57,092 nt of DNA from Dehalococcoidales bacterium (GCA_028717385.1 JAQUNW010000005.1:1-57092), one strand, 5' to 3'; shown: positions 1-9,618, counted from the first letter of the stretch. A program made the numbers and translations. Notes: generated by a model from the letters alone, not told the origin.

Positions 1-45
1 TTCACACGCAGGGGGTCACTGGTTCAAATCCAGTATCGCCCACCA
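1..45 (+). tRNA. tRNA gene, 3' part only (the 5' end is outside the window); isotype not determinable
   Basis: T-arm ACTGG-TTCAAAT-CCAGT (18..34), acceptor 3' strand ATCGCCC, discriminator A and encoded CCA ending at 45. About 17 nt before the T-stem suggests a long variable arm. Confidence 0.7.
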
Positions 46-239
46 CTTTTCAAAGCTAAAATAACCCTTGTGATTCATTTTTGGATATACAAGTTGCCAG
101 TTACCATGCTTAGGTTGTCTAAAGCACAGGGGTATTAAAAAGGTAATAACCAGAATCGTTTAATCCCAGATTCCCCCCGGGGGGGGTCAAAAGAAGGTTT
201 ATTTGACACTTCTTATAGGGATGCCATAATAGATTTCCC

Positions 240-735
240 CTATAATCTGTGCAATTTCTTAACCTTTTTCGCCCGTACCTTGTGCCCCAGCTTTACTAGC
301 TCGTACCACAGGACAGAAGCAACGGCAAATCCCAATACAATGAAGAACTGTGTAACCGAAAGGGCTTCTAGCTTTAAAAAGCCGGAGAATGGCGTATAAA
401 GGATAGTTCCAAGCATGACCAGCGTGCCTGTGTTAACTGCCCACATTATCCGATCTTTAGCGAGAGAAAACATTGATTGGATAGCAAAATTCCGATTAGA
501 ACTGTTTACCTATACGAGGAAAAGGTTGGCCAATATGATAACAGGAAGTCCCATCGCACGGGCAACAGGAGCGTTATCTGGATTACCTGCCAGCGTTGCG
601 TAATACAAACCGAATGATCCAGCAAATATAACTAAACCCTGCACTATACTTTTACCAAGCAGCTTGCTGTAAGCATTTGTTCCTTCGGATCTCGCGGGCG
701 ACGTTCCATGATGTCGTCTTCTGCGGGCTGGCTCC
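240..735 (-). pseudogene. Decayed 3' fragment of a cation-transporting P-type ATPase (C-terminal membrane domain only)
   Basis: My minus-strand translation gives EPA-AEDDIMERRPRDPKEQMLT, then a frameshift, then KLLGKSIVQGLVIFAGSFGLYY...ARAMGLPVIILANLFLV, then an in-frame TAG (512..510), then the 77-aa ORF 240..473. This resembles the cation_ATPase_C region. No N-terminal or catalytic part lies upstream. Confidence 0.65.
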
Positions 736-1005
736 CAAGCTAAAACAAATTAATATCGTCATGTTGCCTTGGCTCCATGTAATAATACAATATATCACAA
801 CAGATATATCACTTCGTTAAGAAGGTTATTAACTAAGCCAGTCCTGATGGAAGAAGAAAAATGGTCAGAAAGGATATTTTAGGGATCGAAGGGACAACAA
901 GGATATCACCATTAAACCAGAATTAAATGTTCATAATAATTTACAAGGGACTGTTTAAGAATATTAATGCGGTTTTATGCCGTTGTCTGAAGCATCAGTA
1001 CTTTC

Positions 1006-2028
1006 TCAAAGCTCGAAACTCTCAACCGCAAACCGGCGGACTGTTTTTACAATAGCAGGGGCCCAGAGCCATAGTGAAGTATGCCCCAAAGGGATCCATT
1101 TGATGGGCGGTTTACCGCAAGCTTCCCAGAAATCAATTGCTGCTTGCCTTGGGATATATTTATCATACTTGGCATTTATCATCTGAACGCGTCGGTTTTT
1201 TATGTTGCTTGCATAGGTCATCGGGTCCAAAAGGTAACCGGGGAACGGTGCTTTTACATTCTGGAACCCATTTCGTGAAACCTCATCAAGGTAAAGATTG
1301 TATGCGTGTTGTTTTTCGTGGTATTTCTCCTCACTCAGCTTTGACGATTTTTGGTAGCGTCGGTTCTGGCTTAGCCATTCAATTTTGGGTGAGTTCCCTC
1401 CGGATACAATAAAGACCCCTGCCTTTATACGCTGATCTGCTCCCATAGCGATGGAAGAAACAAGGCCGCCAAAGCTGATTCCCAGTACGCCTGTATTTTC
1501 AGTATTATATTCGCCATTATCGTCCGCCCAATCGATTATTTGTCTTATATCGATTACTGATAAGCGGTAACTTTGGAACCATTCTTTGTCAGAAAACACA
1601 GGAAATTTTTGTTTCATCGGCAGGGGCATTCGCTTGGAATGTATGGTGAGGTATGGTATGCAGCAGGCTATGCCTTCTTTTACTAATTGGCGAGCAATCA
1701 GCTTGCAGGGGATGATACTCAAGTCACCCATTCCATGTACTAATATCATTAAGGGAAACTGGTGTTGTGCTTGGGGCAGATATAGCTCGCTTTTGACTAC
1801 GCCGTTTTCAGCATACCCTGTATCGATAGCGCTTCGAAATTGTAATTTATAATGATGGAAATCCGGATACTTTTTGGTTAATGATATTTCCACATTATTA
1901 TTGCCTTTATGGTATTCGTAGGGGTTTGCTAACACTGATTCATTCACAATACCTGATCCTGTTTTGTTATTTGTTTGAGTGTGTTTTGTGTTGTCCATAT
2001 AAACCTTGTTTTGTAACCGTGACTGCAA
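1006..2028 (-). CDS. alpha/beta-fold hydrolase (dienelactone hydrolase / peptidase S9-like)
   Basis: 340-aa ORF with the HG oxyanion motif (LVHGMGD) and nucleophile elbow GISFGG. The start could instead be the internal Met at 1998. Confidence 0.75.
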   Translation of the reverse strand: MQSRLQNKVYMDNTKHTQTNNKTGSGIVNESVLANPYEYHKGNNNVEISLTKKYPDFHHYKLQFRSAIDTGYAENGVVKSELYLPQAQHQFPLMILVHGMGDLSIIPCKLIARQLVKEGIACCIPYLTIHSKRMPLPMKQKFPVFSDKEWFQSYRLSVIDIRQIIDWADDNGEYNTENTGVLGISFGGLVSSIAMGADQRIKAGVFIVSGGNSPKIEWLSQNRRYQKSSKLSEEKYHEKQHAYNLYLDEVSRNGFQNVKAPFPGYLLDPMTYASNIKNRRVQMINAKYDKYIPRQAAIDFWEACGKPPIKWIPLGHTSLWLWAPAIVKTVRRFAVESFEL

Positions 2029-2330
2029 CAGAATACGCGGATTAAATATTATTCCTATTATAACAATTTCCTAGTGAATGTTATCCTTTATTCGTACAGT
2101 AACGTTGTCGAGCAGCGTTTGTTAGCTTGCAGTTGTAGCGAGGATTTGCGCTTGGTTTGAGCGTTTGCGATCCAAACTCTGATCTTTTTTCATTGACGTT
2201 AATGCAAAGCAAATGATATGTTAATTCAAAGACGATTCTCAGAAAATAACAATAAAAAAGTTTCCTCAAATGGATGCCCATTATCTGGCATTGCCTACCT
2301 TTAAATAATTATTTTATGAGGGAGAAAATA

Positions 2331-2549
2331 ATGGAAGAAATATCAAGCAAATCAAGATTGGCAGTAGCCTTGTTCGCCTGGTTCCTGGGAGTTTTTGGCG
2401 TTCATCGCTTTTATCTGGGGAAAATAGGAACCGGGATTCTGATGTTGGTAACCTGTGGAGGGCTGGGTATCTGGGCATTTATTGATTTTATATTAGCTGT
2501 AGCTGGAGTCATGAAGGACAAAGAGGGCAAGCTGATTAAAAACTGGTAG
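2331..2549 (+). CDS. TM2 domain-containing small membrane protein
   Basis: Contains FAWFLGVFGVHRFYLGKIGTGILML, which is typical of the TM2 domain. I chose the ATG at 2331 because GGGAG lies upstream of it; the ORF track starts at 2274. Confidence 0.8.
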   Translation: MEEISSKSRLAVALFAWFLGVFGVHRFYLGKIGTGILMLVTCGGLGIWAFIDFILAVAGVMKDKEGKLIKNW

Positions 2550-2601
2550 AAAGCCCAATTTGGGTTCTTTGTTACTGGCGTGTTAAAAAGCCAGTGCTTT
2601 G

Positions 2602-4587
2602 TTAACCTTGGCCTGCTACCTCGATTACCCCCATTTGTAGCAGTTTGTTGAAATAAAATTCTGCTTGGCTGCCAGCTGGTATCCATGAAGCGAAGTCATG
2701 ATAATAAAAAATGCCAGCCGTGCGCATGGTATCGATTATCCCTGCCCATTCAGCAGGTATGTTGAAGCGCATGCGTGTAACGGCATTGTAGCATTGTATG
2801 CCGCCTTCAATCTGAATAAGGTCCAGTCTTTTGATGGCTAGCTGAAATGCAGTATTGCTTGTATCCAGTTCTACATCACAAGGATGAATCGTTTCTCCTG
2901 GCAGTCGAGTATTAACCTCAGCGGCAAAAGCCTGATAAGCTCTGTGTACCGCTTCTCTTTGCTCAGCAGTCATTGCCGGATCGTGTACTCCCAGGTGGTT
3001 CAAGCTGAATTGAGCTTGGCCAGCAATTGGGGAAACAGTGGTTGCCTCCAGTCCATAGGCACTGGGGTCGCTCCCTACTTTTGAAGAACGTGTAGCTTCG
3101 AAAGGGAAACAGGAAACGAAGTTAAAACTGTCTTCGAGCTGGCTTACTACTTCGAGCGATTCCATTGCTTCTTGAAAATTGGTTGATGGTAAATCAGGTA
3201 TCAGGTTGATTTTAAGATTCAATCCTGCCTCTTTCGCGTTAAGCATAAAATCTATATTTTGTTGGCGATTGGCGCATTTATTCATGAGTTTCAGAACCCG
3301 GTCATTCATACTTTCGATTCCGACAGCAAGGAATTCGCAACCTGCCTCTACCATTGTTTCCATGATATCAACAGTAAAATGCCGATCGGCTATAGCAAAA
3401 CTGTGCCACTTTACCTGGAGACCACGCTCTAATATAAGTTGACTCATGCGGTTGGCGAAAGCCGGTGGGATAGCTTCGGTGATAACCGAAAAACGATTTA
3501 CTCCATGCTGTTTGATCTGGTACTCCATTTCATTTACAAATGAACTGGGGTTGCGGGAGCGGTATTTGGAACTGCCCCGGTATATTCCGGTGTAATCACA
3601 GTAATGGCATTTCCCCCAATAACAACCACGAGCCTGGACAATGCCAATTTCAGGTTCGTGTAAACTGTTGAGAATACCTGGTTCATATTCTGCATATGGC
3701 AGTTTATTTAAATCCAGGCCTTCGGCTGGCAAGTTTAAAACCACATTATCTCCTGATTTTGATGCCACTCCGGAAACCTTGTCCGGTTGCCATGTTCCCG
3801 ACTGCTTTTGAAAGGTCAGTTCAGCCAGGGGATATTCACCATCTGATATCACCAGGGCATCGATAGAAGGATGAGATGTGAGAATATGGGTGATATTGTC
3901 CTTATCCATAAAAGATATGGTCGGGCCGCCTAAAATTATCGAAACATCGGGCTTGTGCCGTTTAAGATAACGGCTGAGGATCAGCGCCGGCCCCAGCTGG
4001 GGTCCAGTTGGAACCGAAATTCCTGCAACAATCAGATCATCTGGCAGGGTATTCAAGAATATATTCCTTTCCAAAAATGCCTGATAGAACTGTGTAAAAG
4101 CAGAGCTAAAAAACTCCGGATTGGTCAGCTCTGCCAATGGTTTATCGATACGGTATGGTTTAGCTGCCATATTCAGGAGGTAACTCAATTGTGAAGCATC
4201 CTCTCTGAAAACGTGCTTGCCTTGCTGATCGGTAAAAAAATCGCGATAGCGTGAAATCAAGCGTGCGGCTACTGCTGGAACTGATTCCGGGGGTAATTCA
4301 AGATCATCGCCAAAGTTGCCTGAAATCATGTTATTCAAACGTTCTGGATCCAGCAGGTATACAGCAAAATCCTCGTTTAAATCTCCTTGCACGGAGGCAA
4401 TCCCCAGGGATGACAGGTATCCGGATAACACTGCAGTTGAAGGGTAGTAAGAACCAAAATTGGTTTCAACCAGCGGCGGGAAAAGCAAGGCTACTGCAGG
4501 TTTAACGAATGGCATGCATTTTCCTGATCTATCCCTATCCGGCTTTATTTTGGTAAGGCTCTGGTGATCTTTGGAAAGGCTAGCCAT
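2602..4587 (-). CDS. B12-binding-domain radical SAM protein with a C-terminal extension of about 130 aa
   Basis: Cys cluster ARGCYWGKCHYCDY, N-terminal Rossmann-like B12-binding region (IILGGPT), and an rSAM core (SVITEAIPP, AVGIESMND). The ATG at 4587 lies 1 nt after the stop of the upstream gene; the ORF track start is 4668. Confidence 0.85.
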   Translation of the reverse strand: MASLSKDHQSLTKIKPDRDRSGKCMPFVKPAVALLFPPLVETNFGSYYPSTAVLSGYLSSLGIASVQGDLNEDFAVYLLDPERLNNMISGNFGDDLELPPESVPAVAARLISRYRDFFTDQQGKHVFREDASQLSYLLNMAAKPYRIDKPLAELTNPEFFSSAFTQFYQAFLERNIFLNTLPDDLIVAGISVPTGPQLGPALILSRYLKRHKPDVSIILGGPTISFMDKDNITHILTSHPSIDALVISDGEYPLAELTFQKQSGTWQPDKVSGVASKSGDNVVLNLPAEGLDLNKLPYAEYEPGILNSLHEPEIGIVQARGCYWGKCHYCDYTGIYRGSSKYRSRNPSSFVNEMEYQIKQHGVNRFSVITEAIPPAFANRMSQLILERGLQVKWHSFAIADRHFTVDIMETMVEAGCEFLAVGIESMNDRVLKLMNKCANRQQNIDFMLNAKEAGLNLKINLIPDLPSTNFQEAMESLEVVSQLEDSFNFVSCFPFEATRSSKVGSDPSAYGLEATTVSPIAGQAQFSLNHLGVHDPAMTAEQREAVHRAYQAFAAEVNTRLPGETIHPCDVELDTSNTAFQLAIKRLDLIQIEGGIQCYNAVTRMRFNIPAEWAGIIDTMRTAGIFYYHDFASWIPAGSQAEFYFNKLLQMGVIEVAGQG

Positions 4588-4588
4588 G

Positions 4589-5788
4589 TTATTCTGTTTT
4601 TGCTTCCGGGGCTGGCACCAAAATGTCGATAATTGGCGTGAGTGCAGCTTTATCAAATCCCACTTCAACTATGCGTATATTACGAACTTCTTCCGGCTGG
4701 GCAAATGACGCAGGTTGATTTTCTGGTTCATTCTCTACCAATGGTGCGGTTTCGGCAGAGGCTTTCTGAGAAGAGAGAGCTTCTGCCACTTGTGTTGGTA
4801 TGGGGTATTTGGTAACAATAAAACTTCCCATTATTGGTTTAAAGGAGTCGTAATTCCTTTGTACAATATCCATCTCACCTTTTTCATACCATTCGGGATC
4901 GTCCATGCACTCTATGATGATATCGGGGCGTAAAAAGCGGCTGAAGTCGGATATCAAACCAATGGTTTTTGGTTGATTGTCGATATACAATACCATGCTT
5001 GGCCACTCTAACCGGGGCCGGGATTCCAATCCCTTAGATCTGATGGTGATCCATTCTCTCCTGGTGGTGGCATTTTTAGCCGACCAAGCGCAGTCAGTAA
5101 GGTCCGCCCCAAAAGCAATATAGCGGTTGTGGGTGCTTTCCCTGACGATAATGTCAGACATCATAAAAGATGGATCATATCCTTCGTGCCCGAGCAGTAG
5201 CGTCTCCAATTTCTGCGGTTCAAGCACATTTTCATCGAAGAAGCCCTTTTTCTCATCCGGCTGAAGTTCGTGGCACATAAACCTCATTTCGTCATACGGT
5301 ATAGCCAGCGCTTGATCTGGTTTTAACAGGCTGGCTATAGCCATGATTAGCCACTTTTCATAACCCATCTTTATAATTGGAAGCGCATAAGAAGCGACCA
5401 AGCGGGCTGCTTCATCTTCAAAATCATCCAGAGTCAGTTCTTTTTTGAGTAGCATGAACAGTGGATCGCGCAGGGGGCGAATAAGCCCGTTAAGCGGATC
5501 TGTTATCATCCAGTCTAATTTGGAAGGCATCTTGATCTCTGATATCTCCAGAGCTGGCATTAGTTGGGCAGCCTCGGTTTTGTATTTATCACTCACTTCA
5601 AGGGCTTGGATCAGGATTTGAGGTGTTTTCTCCCTGATAAAAGCTTTTCTTACCTGGTTGAAGACGGTGTAAAAACCTTCATTCAGTTCTTTAGGGATAA
5701 GTGTGATCCCTTTACGGATAGTAATTTCGGGATTTTGAGCGATGAAATTTTCGAGCGCTTGAAAGGCTGATCGCCATTCACCTTGCAT
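4589..5788 (-). CDS. hypothetical protein (399 aa), no family recognised
   Basis: Long ORF with an AGGAGG RBS upstream, coupled to the rSAM gene (stop 4591..4589, next ATG 4587). It has an acidic, low-complexity C-terminal tail. Confidence 0.7.
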   Translation of the reverse strand: MQGEWRSAFQALENFIAQNPEITIRKGITLIPKELNEGFYTVFNQVRKAFIREKTPQILIQALEVSDKYKTEAAQLMPALEISEIKMPSKLDWMITDPLNGLIRPLRDPLFMLLKKELTLDDFEDEAARLVASYALPIIKMGYEKWLIMAIASLLKPDQALAIPYDEMRFMCHELQPDEKKGFFDENVLEPQKLETLLLGHEGYDPSFMMSDIIVRESTHNRYIAFGADLTDCAWSAKNATTRREWITIRSKGLESRPRLEWPSMVLYIDNQPKTIGLISDFSRFLRPDIIIECMDDPEWYEKGEMDIVQRNYDSFKPIMGSFIVTKYPIPTQVAEALSSQKASAETAPLVENEPENQPASFAQPEEVRNIRIVEVGFDKAALTPIIDILVPAPEAKTE

Positions 5789-5829
5789 GGTTTCCTCCTG
5801 ATGATTAGTTTCATTGATTTCCGTGTGTA

Positions 5830-6693
5830 TTAAAGCACCTTTTTTAAAGCATCGGCAATAGCTGGTATCAGCTGGGCAATTTTTGTCGCCGGGGTTGGCC
5901 GTACAATTTCGCCCATGTGACGGTTAGCCTGAGCTGCCTTTAAGCAGGCTTCAGCCGGATCCATTCCGGACGATATCAATGCTGATACAATACCCGTAAT
6001 TGTATCTCCGGTGCCGCCAATGGGTTCAAGGGCAGGGATCAGCGGATCTTTAACTACTCCGTAGACTTCCCCTTTAACCATTATATGATCAATAGCGGCT
6101 TTCACCAATAGATAATCAGGGGCATTGCCACTGGCATACGCTTCTTTACCCAGCCGGGCAATTTCAGTATTGTCTACATTAAAGATAAAGTGCTGTACAT
6201 AAGCTGGATGAGCAGCCTCAGCATCGGCTATAAAGCTCAACTCGCCAGGATCCGGAGTGAACAAGTTGAATTTTGGTGCGAGTCCTATCGCTTTAGCATT
6301 GAGCAAGGCGCCAGCATCGGCAATGAAGAATGGCTTGGGAGTTGTTTCTTCTACTGCTTGTACCAGTTTTAAAAACGGCTCTCGTGTAGGTAAAAGATAA
6401 TGAAGAGTGAGTACAGTAGATCCAATAGATGAGATTTCCTGGGTTAAATATTCAAGTATCTTGATAGTTCCATCCCCCATGCCGGTATCACCATAGGTAA
6501 CCAGATGAGGCGGTTCGATACCTAGTGTCTGGCAGGTGGTAGCGGCTGCTGACGCCATGGCGGCAGTTCCCAAGGTGACGTACTTGCCTTCGAGGGCATA
6601 GTCGCCGATATCTAATCGGCCTTTCTGATACCTGCATGCACCCTGTGTCAAGGGAATACCATCAATCGGTATAGTTCCTGCGATAACTAACAT
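5830..6693 (-). CDS. YjeF_C / ribokinase-fold protein (NAD(P)HX-dehydratase-like carbohydrate kinase family)
   Basis: C-terminal motif IGGTGDTITGIVSALISSG (GGxGDxLxG type), FTPDPGEL (compare TPHPGE) and LLVKAAIDHIMVKG. Its ATG shares one base with the TGA of the upstream gene. Confidence 0.7.
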   Translation of the reverse strand: MLVIAGTIPIDGIPLTQGACRYQKGRLDIGDYALEGKYVTLGTAAMASAAATTCQTLGIEPPHLVTYGDTGMGDGTIKILEYLTQEISSIGSTVLTLHYLLPTREPFLKLVQAVEETTPKPFFIADAGALLNAKAIGLAPKFNLFTPDPGELSFIADAEAAHPAYVQHFIFNVDNTEIARLGKEAYASGNAPDYLLVKAAIDHIMVKGEVYGVVKDPLIPALEPIGGTGDTITGIVSALISSGMDPAEACLKAAQANRHMGEIVRPTPATKIAQLIPAIADALKKVL

Positions 6694-7232
6694 CAGATCT
6701 TGCTCCTTTCTTCCCTAAAGAGTTCGGCTGCCTTCTGATAGGCATGCTCCATGGTATAGGCGCAGATAGTCTTTCCCAGCTCCTTGGGGGAAGGCCCTTC
6801 CCCAATCACGGTGTCAATCAAGCTCAGACCGAGCAAGGGTACATCTGGTCAGCCGCCACCGGAGATGTTAACAATAACACCAGTACCTTTCCGGTAGGTC
6901 ACTTTCATATTCCCGCACCTTACCATTGTATAACCTGCATAGTCGGTCACCTTGATCAGCTGGGTAAGGTACACCGGGACCAACTGGGTGCCCTTTGGCA
7001 GGAACAATATATCCATAAAGAGGATGTTATTATTCTCAAGGATACGCTCTACTGCATCCACATCGTCAGCATTGATTTCCAGAGCCATATCGCAACCAGT
7101 GCGATATTCCGGAGGCGGCGCAACTTCATTTGATGAGTAGCCGGCATGCTCTAAAAAATGCTTACCACGCATGGCATAGTAAATGTAGTCGAATACTACC
7201 AGAGCTTTTTCCTTTTCAACTTCTTTGGTCAC
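6693..7232 (-). CDS. DUF3343 (Se/S-carrier-like) domain protein. Candidate selenoprotein of 179 aa, reading the in-frame TGA at 6851..6849 as Sec.
   Basis: GTG start at 7232 behind AAGGAGG. The N-terminal part fits the DUF3343 pattern (VVFDYIYYAMRGKHFLEHAG...PPPEYRTGCDMALEI). The ORF track stops at TGA (6849), but the frame stays open for 51 more codons to TGA 6695..6693, which overlaps the next ATG. Confidence 0.55.
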
Positions 7233-7261
7233 TTTTTCCTCCTTGGGGGAGATACTGTTGC

Positions 7262-8428
7262 CTAACCCGGCCAGTAGAAATCACCTGCACGGGAAAAAAT
7301 TGATACCAATAGCACTGTATACCAAACATATAGCGAAAGGGCGGTTGTAATTGCCAGAGCGATAAATGGTCCTCGTACCTTGAACTTTGTGTCTGTCCAA
7401 TAAAAATCGATTGCCTCTTCTGAACATGCTTCAACGCAACGACCACATTTAATGCATGAGCCTCCCTGGGGGTGTCCCTTGTCTACATCTTCCGGATTAA
7501 GAGCGAACATGCGGCAAGAGTTAACACAATCCAGGCATTTAACACAGCGTTCCTGGTTAATTTTTAAGCGAAATGGGCTGATGCGGTCGAGGAGGTTGAT
7601 AATCGTACCGGCAGGGCAAATGTAGCAAAACCATCGTCTTTTAGTTAAGATTGGTAATATAATTGCCATTATTCCAAGAATACCAATCACCAACCAGAAA
7701 GCTTTCAGCTTGAGCCATAAAACCGGGTAAAAAAGGTTTACCAGGGAAAAACCCAGAAATATTGAGAGCAACACCAGCGCCAAAACCAGGCTGTAACGTA
7801 ATATATTTATCCATGGCTTTAAAGGTCCATAATAAAATTTATTATTAATGCCAATCTTCTGCCTGAGAAAATCCAACCGCACAAATTCCCGTCTGCCTGA
7901 TGCAGCTGCTTCTGGCAGGCCGCCAAGCGGGCAAATCCATCCGCAATAAGCTCTGCCAAACAAGAGGAGAATGATTGCGTAGGGCACCATGAATAGGGCG
8001 AAAGTGGCCAAGTTTCCTGGTATTTGAGTTTGCCAGGCATTAACCGAAGGCAAGAATTCAGCGCCTCCCCAGAAGATGGCTGGCAAAACCAATGGGTGGG
8101 GGAATTGCAAGGTTCCGATACCGCCGGTACCCGGAAAATAGTACCCTGGATTAAAATGATCCACCCATTGCATGAACTGGGTTGGGCCCCAGAGCATGAT
8201 CAGCCCCGCTAAACTCAGGGCAATAACCGTAGCAAGTGCAATGAAAAAAGACCGCCTGAGGCGTTCAATCTTGCCTGACTTCAGGATATAGAATATCATC
8301 AAGCCGCTGATTAATCCCAGCGCTACACCCAATATTGGGTAAGGTTTGGAGTACCACCAGCCGTTGAAGGCTGCGGTAACAAGCCCCATCAACAAAGCCA
8401 GCCGGAACGGGCTTAACTTCATTGTCAT
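7262..8428 (-). CDS. NapH/MauN-like integral-membrane 4Fe-4S polyferredoxin
   Basis: Multiple TM segments plus CGWICPLGG, CYICPAG, CVKCLDCVNSC and CIKCGRCVEAC. Confidence 0.8.
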   Translation of the reverse strand: MTMKLSPFRLALLMGLVTAAFNGWWYSKPYPILGVALGLISGLMIFYILKSGKIERLRRSFFIALATVIALSLAGLIMLWGPTQFMQWVDHFNPGYYFPGTGGIGTLQFPHPLVLPAIFWGGAEFLPSVNAWQTQIPGNLATFALFMVPYAIILLLFGRAYCGWICPLGGLPEAAASGRREFVRLDFLRQKIGINNKFYYGPLKPWINILRYSLVLALVLLSIFLGFSLVNLFYPVLWLKLKAFWLVIGILGIMAIILPILTKRRWFCYICPAGTIINLLDRISPFRLKINQERCVKCLDCVNSCRMFALNPEDVDKGHPQGGSCIKCGRCVEACSEEAIDFYWTDTKFKVRGPFIALAITTALSLYVWYTVLLVSIFSRAGDFYWPG

Positions 8429-9618
8429 CCTATTCGTCCACCGATGATGTCGATAAAGTTATTTAATCTTTCTTGAATATCACTCGTGTTTGTGTAAACG
8501 AGAGAAGAGTCGATGAATACTGGAGGTATTGCCAACTCATGATAAAGAGCATCACCAAGAGCTTCGTAAGACTTCATCAACGGTTTGTATTCCTGTGGCC
8601 CATAAAAAACGAGACCATGTACATTGTATCTCCTTGCAGTAGTGATCATGCGGTATTTCTGGGCGGTATAATCTTCCATATACAGACAGGGAGCATTATA
8701 CAAATAGCGCTCAACCAGGTAATCGAAAGGCGCTGGGAAACCAAAAACTGGCACTCTTTTTCTCAGGAGCATTGATCCCGAACAGCTATAATCGGTTACA
8801 ATAACTGCATTTGAGCCTTTTACCAGTTCAAGCAGTTCGTTGCTAATAAACCCGGCAAGCATAAGACGCGGTTTGGCATCAACAGGCAATCCCATTAGAT
8901 TAATCTGGGCAAGCTTGTCCTGATGCTCCAGAAGGTTTCTTTTAAAAACTGGCCTTTCCAGGGAATACCCGGCTTGCTGCAGCTTGAACACATCTTGCCA
9001 TTCTACCGGTGATCTCCCGCGTATTGGGTATTCATATAATCCCCGGAGGAGTTCCTTTATCTTGTCACTTTGGGTGATAGCCTTGGAGAGGTTAATAATA
9101 TTAATCGGTTGTCTGTTAAATTGACCAAGGTTTTTTGCGAGCATCTTCAGGTTGTGGCGGAATTTAGCTGTGGCTTTATAATCGCTTCGGTAGCGGTTAA
9201 CACGTGGCAGTTCCAGAGTAAATATTGATTGATCAAAACACTCTTTAAAACAATGCGTGGCTGTGTAGCTATCGTTTTCTGGACAAGTAATAATAAGGCT
9301 GTCAAGCACGTTCAAATCGAGTCCTTCAGCAAGGTTAGTCTTATGTTGGACGCTGCAGGCCTGCCAGCATTTGCCAGGTTTTTCTCCAATAGAACTGCCG
9401 GTTGGAATCAATGGCAAACGTAATGGGAACATGCCTGAAGCCAGAATAAGCTCTTCAGGTACCAGCGGGCAGAAATACCCGGTGACTTTTAATCCTAACT
9501 GTCTGGCATGCTGTATATTGTTCAGGATGTTATCGAAATCTTTTGATTTGAAGCCTTGCCGCCTGTGTATTTTATTTGCATTCATGATTACTGCAGGATT
9601 GTCGTCGTTCTTTGCCAC
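8425..9618 (-). CDS. 2-hydroxyacyl-CoA dehydratase / BcrC-BadD (HgdB-like) family Fe-S protein
   Basis: Contains VTGYFCPLVPEELILASGMFPLRL, typical of the family. The proposed GTG start at 9618 overlaps the upstream TAG (TAGTG). The ORF track ATG at 9651 would overlap the upstream gene by 34 nt. Confidence 0.7.
   Translation of the reverse strand: MAKNDDNPAVIMNANKIHRRQGFKSKDFDNILNNIQHARQLGLKVTGYFCPLVPEELILASGMFPLRLPLIPTGSSIGEKPGKCWQACSVQHKTNLAEGLDLNVLDSLIITCPENDSYTATHCFKECFDQSIFTLELPRVNRYRSDYKATAKFRHNLKMLAKNLGQFNRQPINIINLSKAITQSDKIKELLRGLYEYPIRGRSPVEWQDVFKLQQAGYSLERPVFKRNLLEHQDKLAQINLMGLPVDAKPRLMLAGFISNELLELVKGSNAVIVTDYSCSGSMLLRKRVPVFGFPAPFDYLVERYLYNAPCLYMEDYTAQKYRMITTARRYNVHGLVFYGPQEYKPLMKSYEALGDALYHELAIPPVFIDSSLVYTNTSDIQERLNNFIDIIGGRIG

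Noticed and set aside
173-186. C6G8 homopolymer palindrome
   Set aside because: With no loop it cannot form a stable hairpin. It is an isolated occurrence with no associated feature, and could be a slippage-prone tract, but nothing supports a function.
510-512. In-frame TAG in the P-type ATPase fragment as possible pyrrolysine or read-through
   Set aside because: The same remnant also has a frameshift and lacks its entire N-terminal two-thirds. It is a pseudogene.
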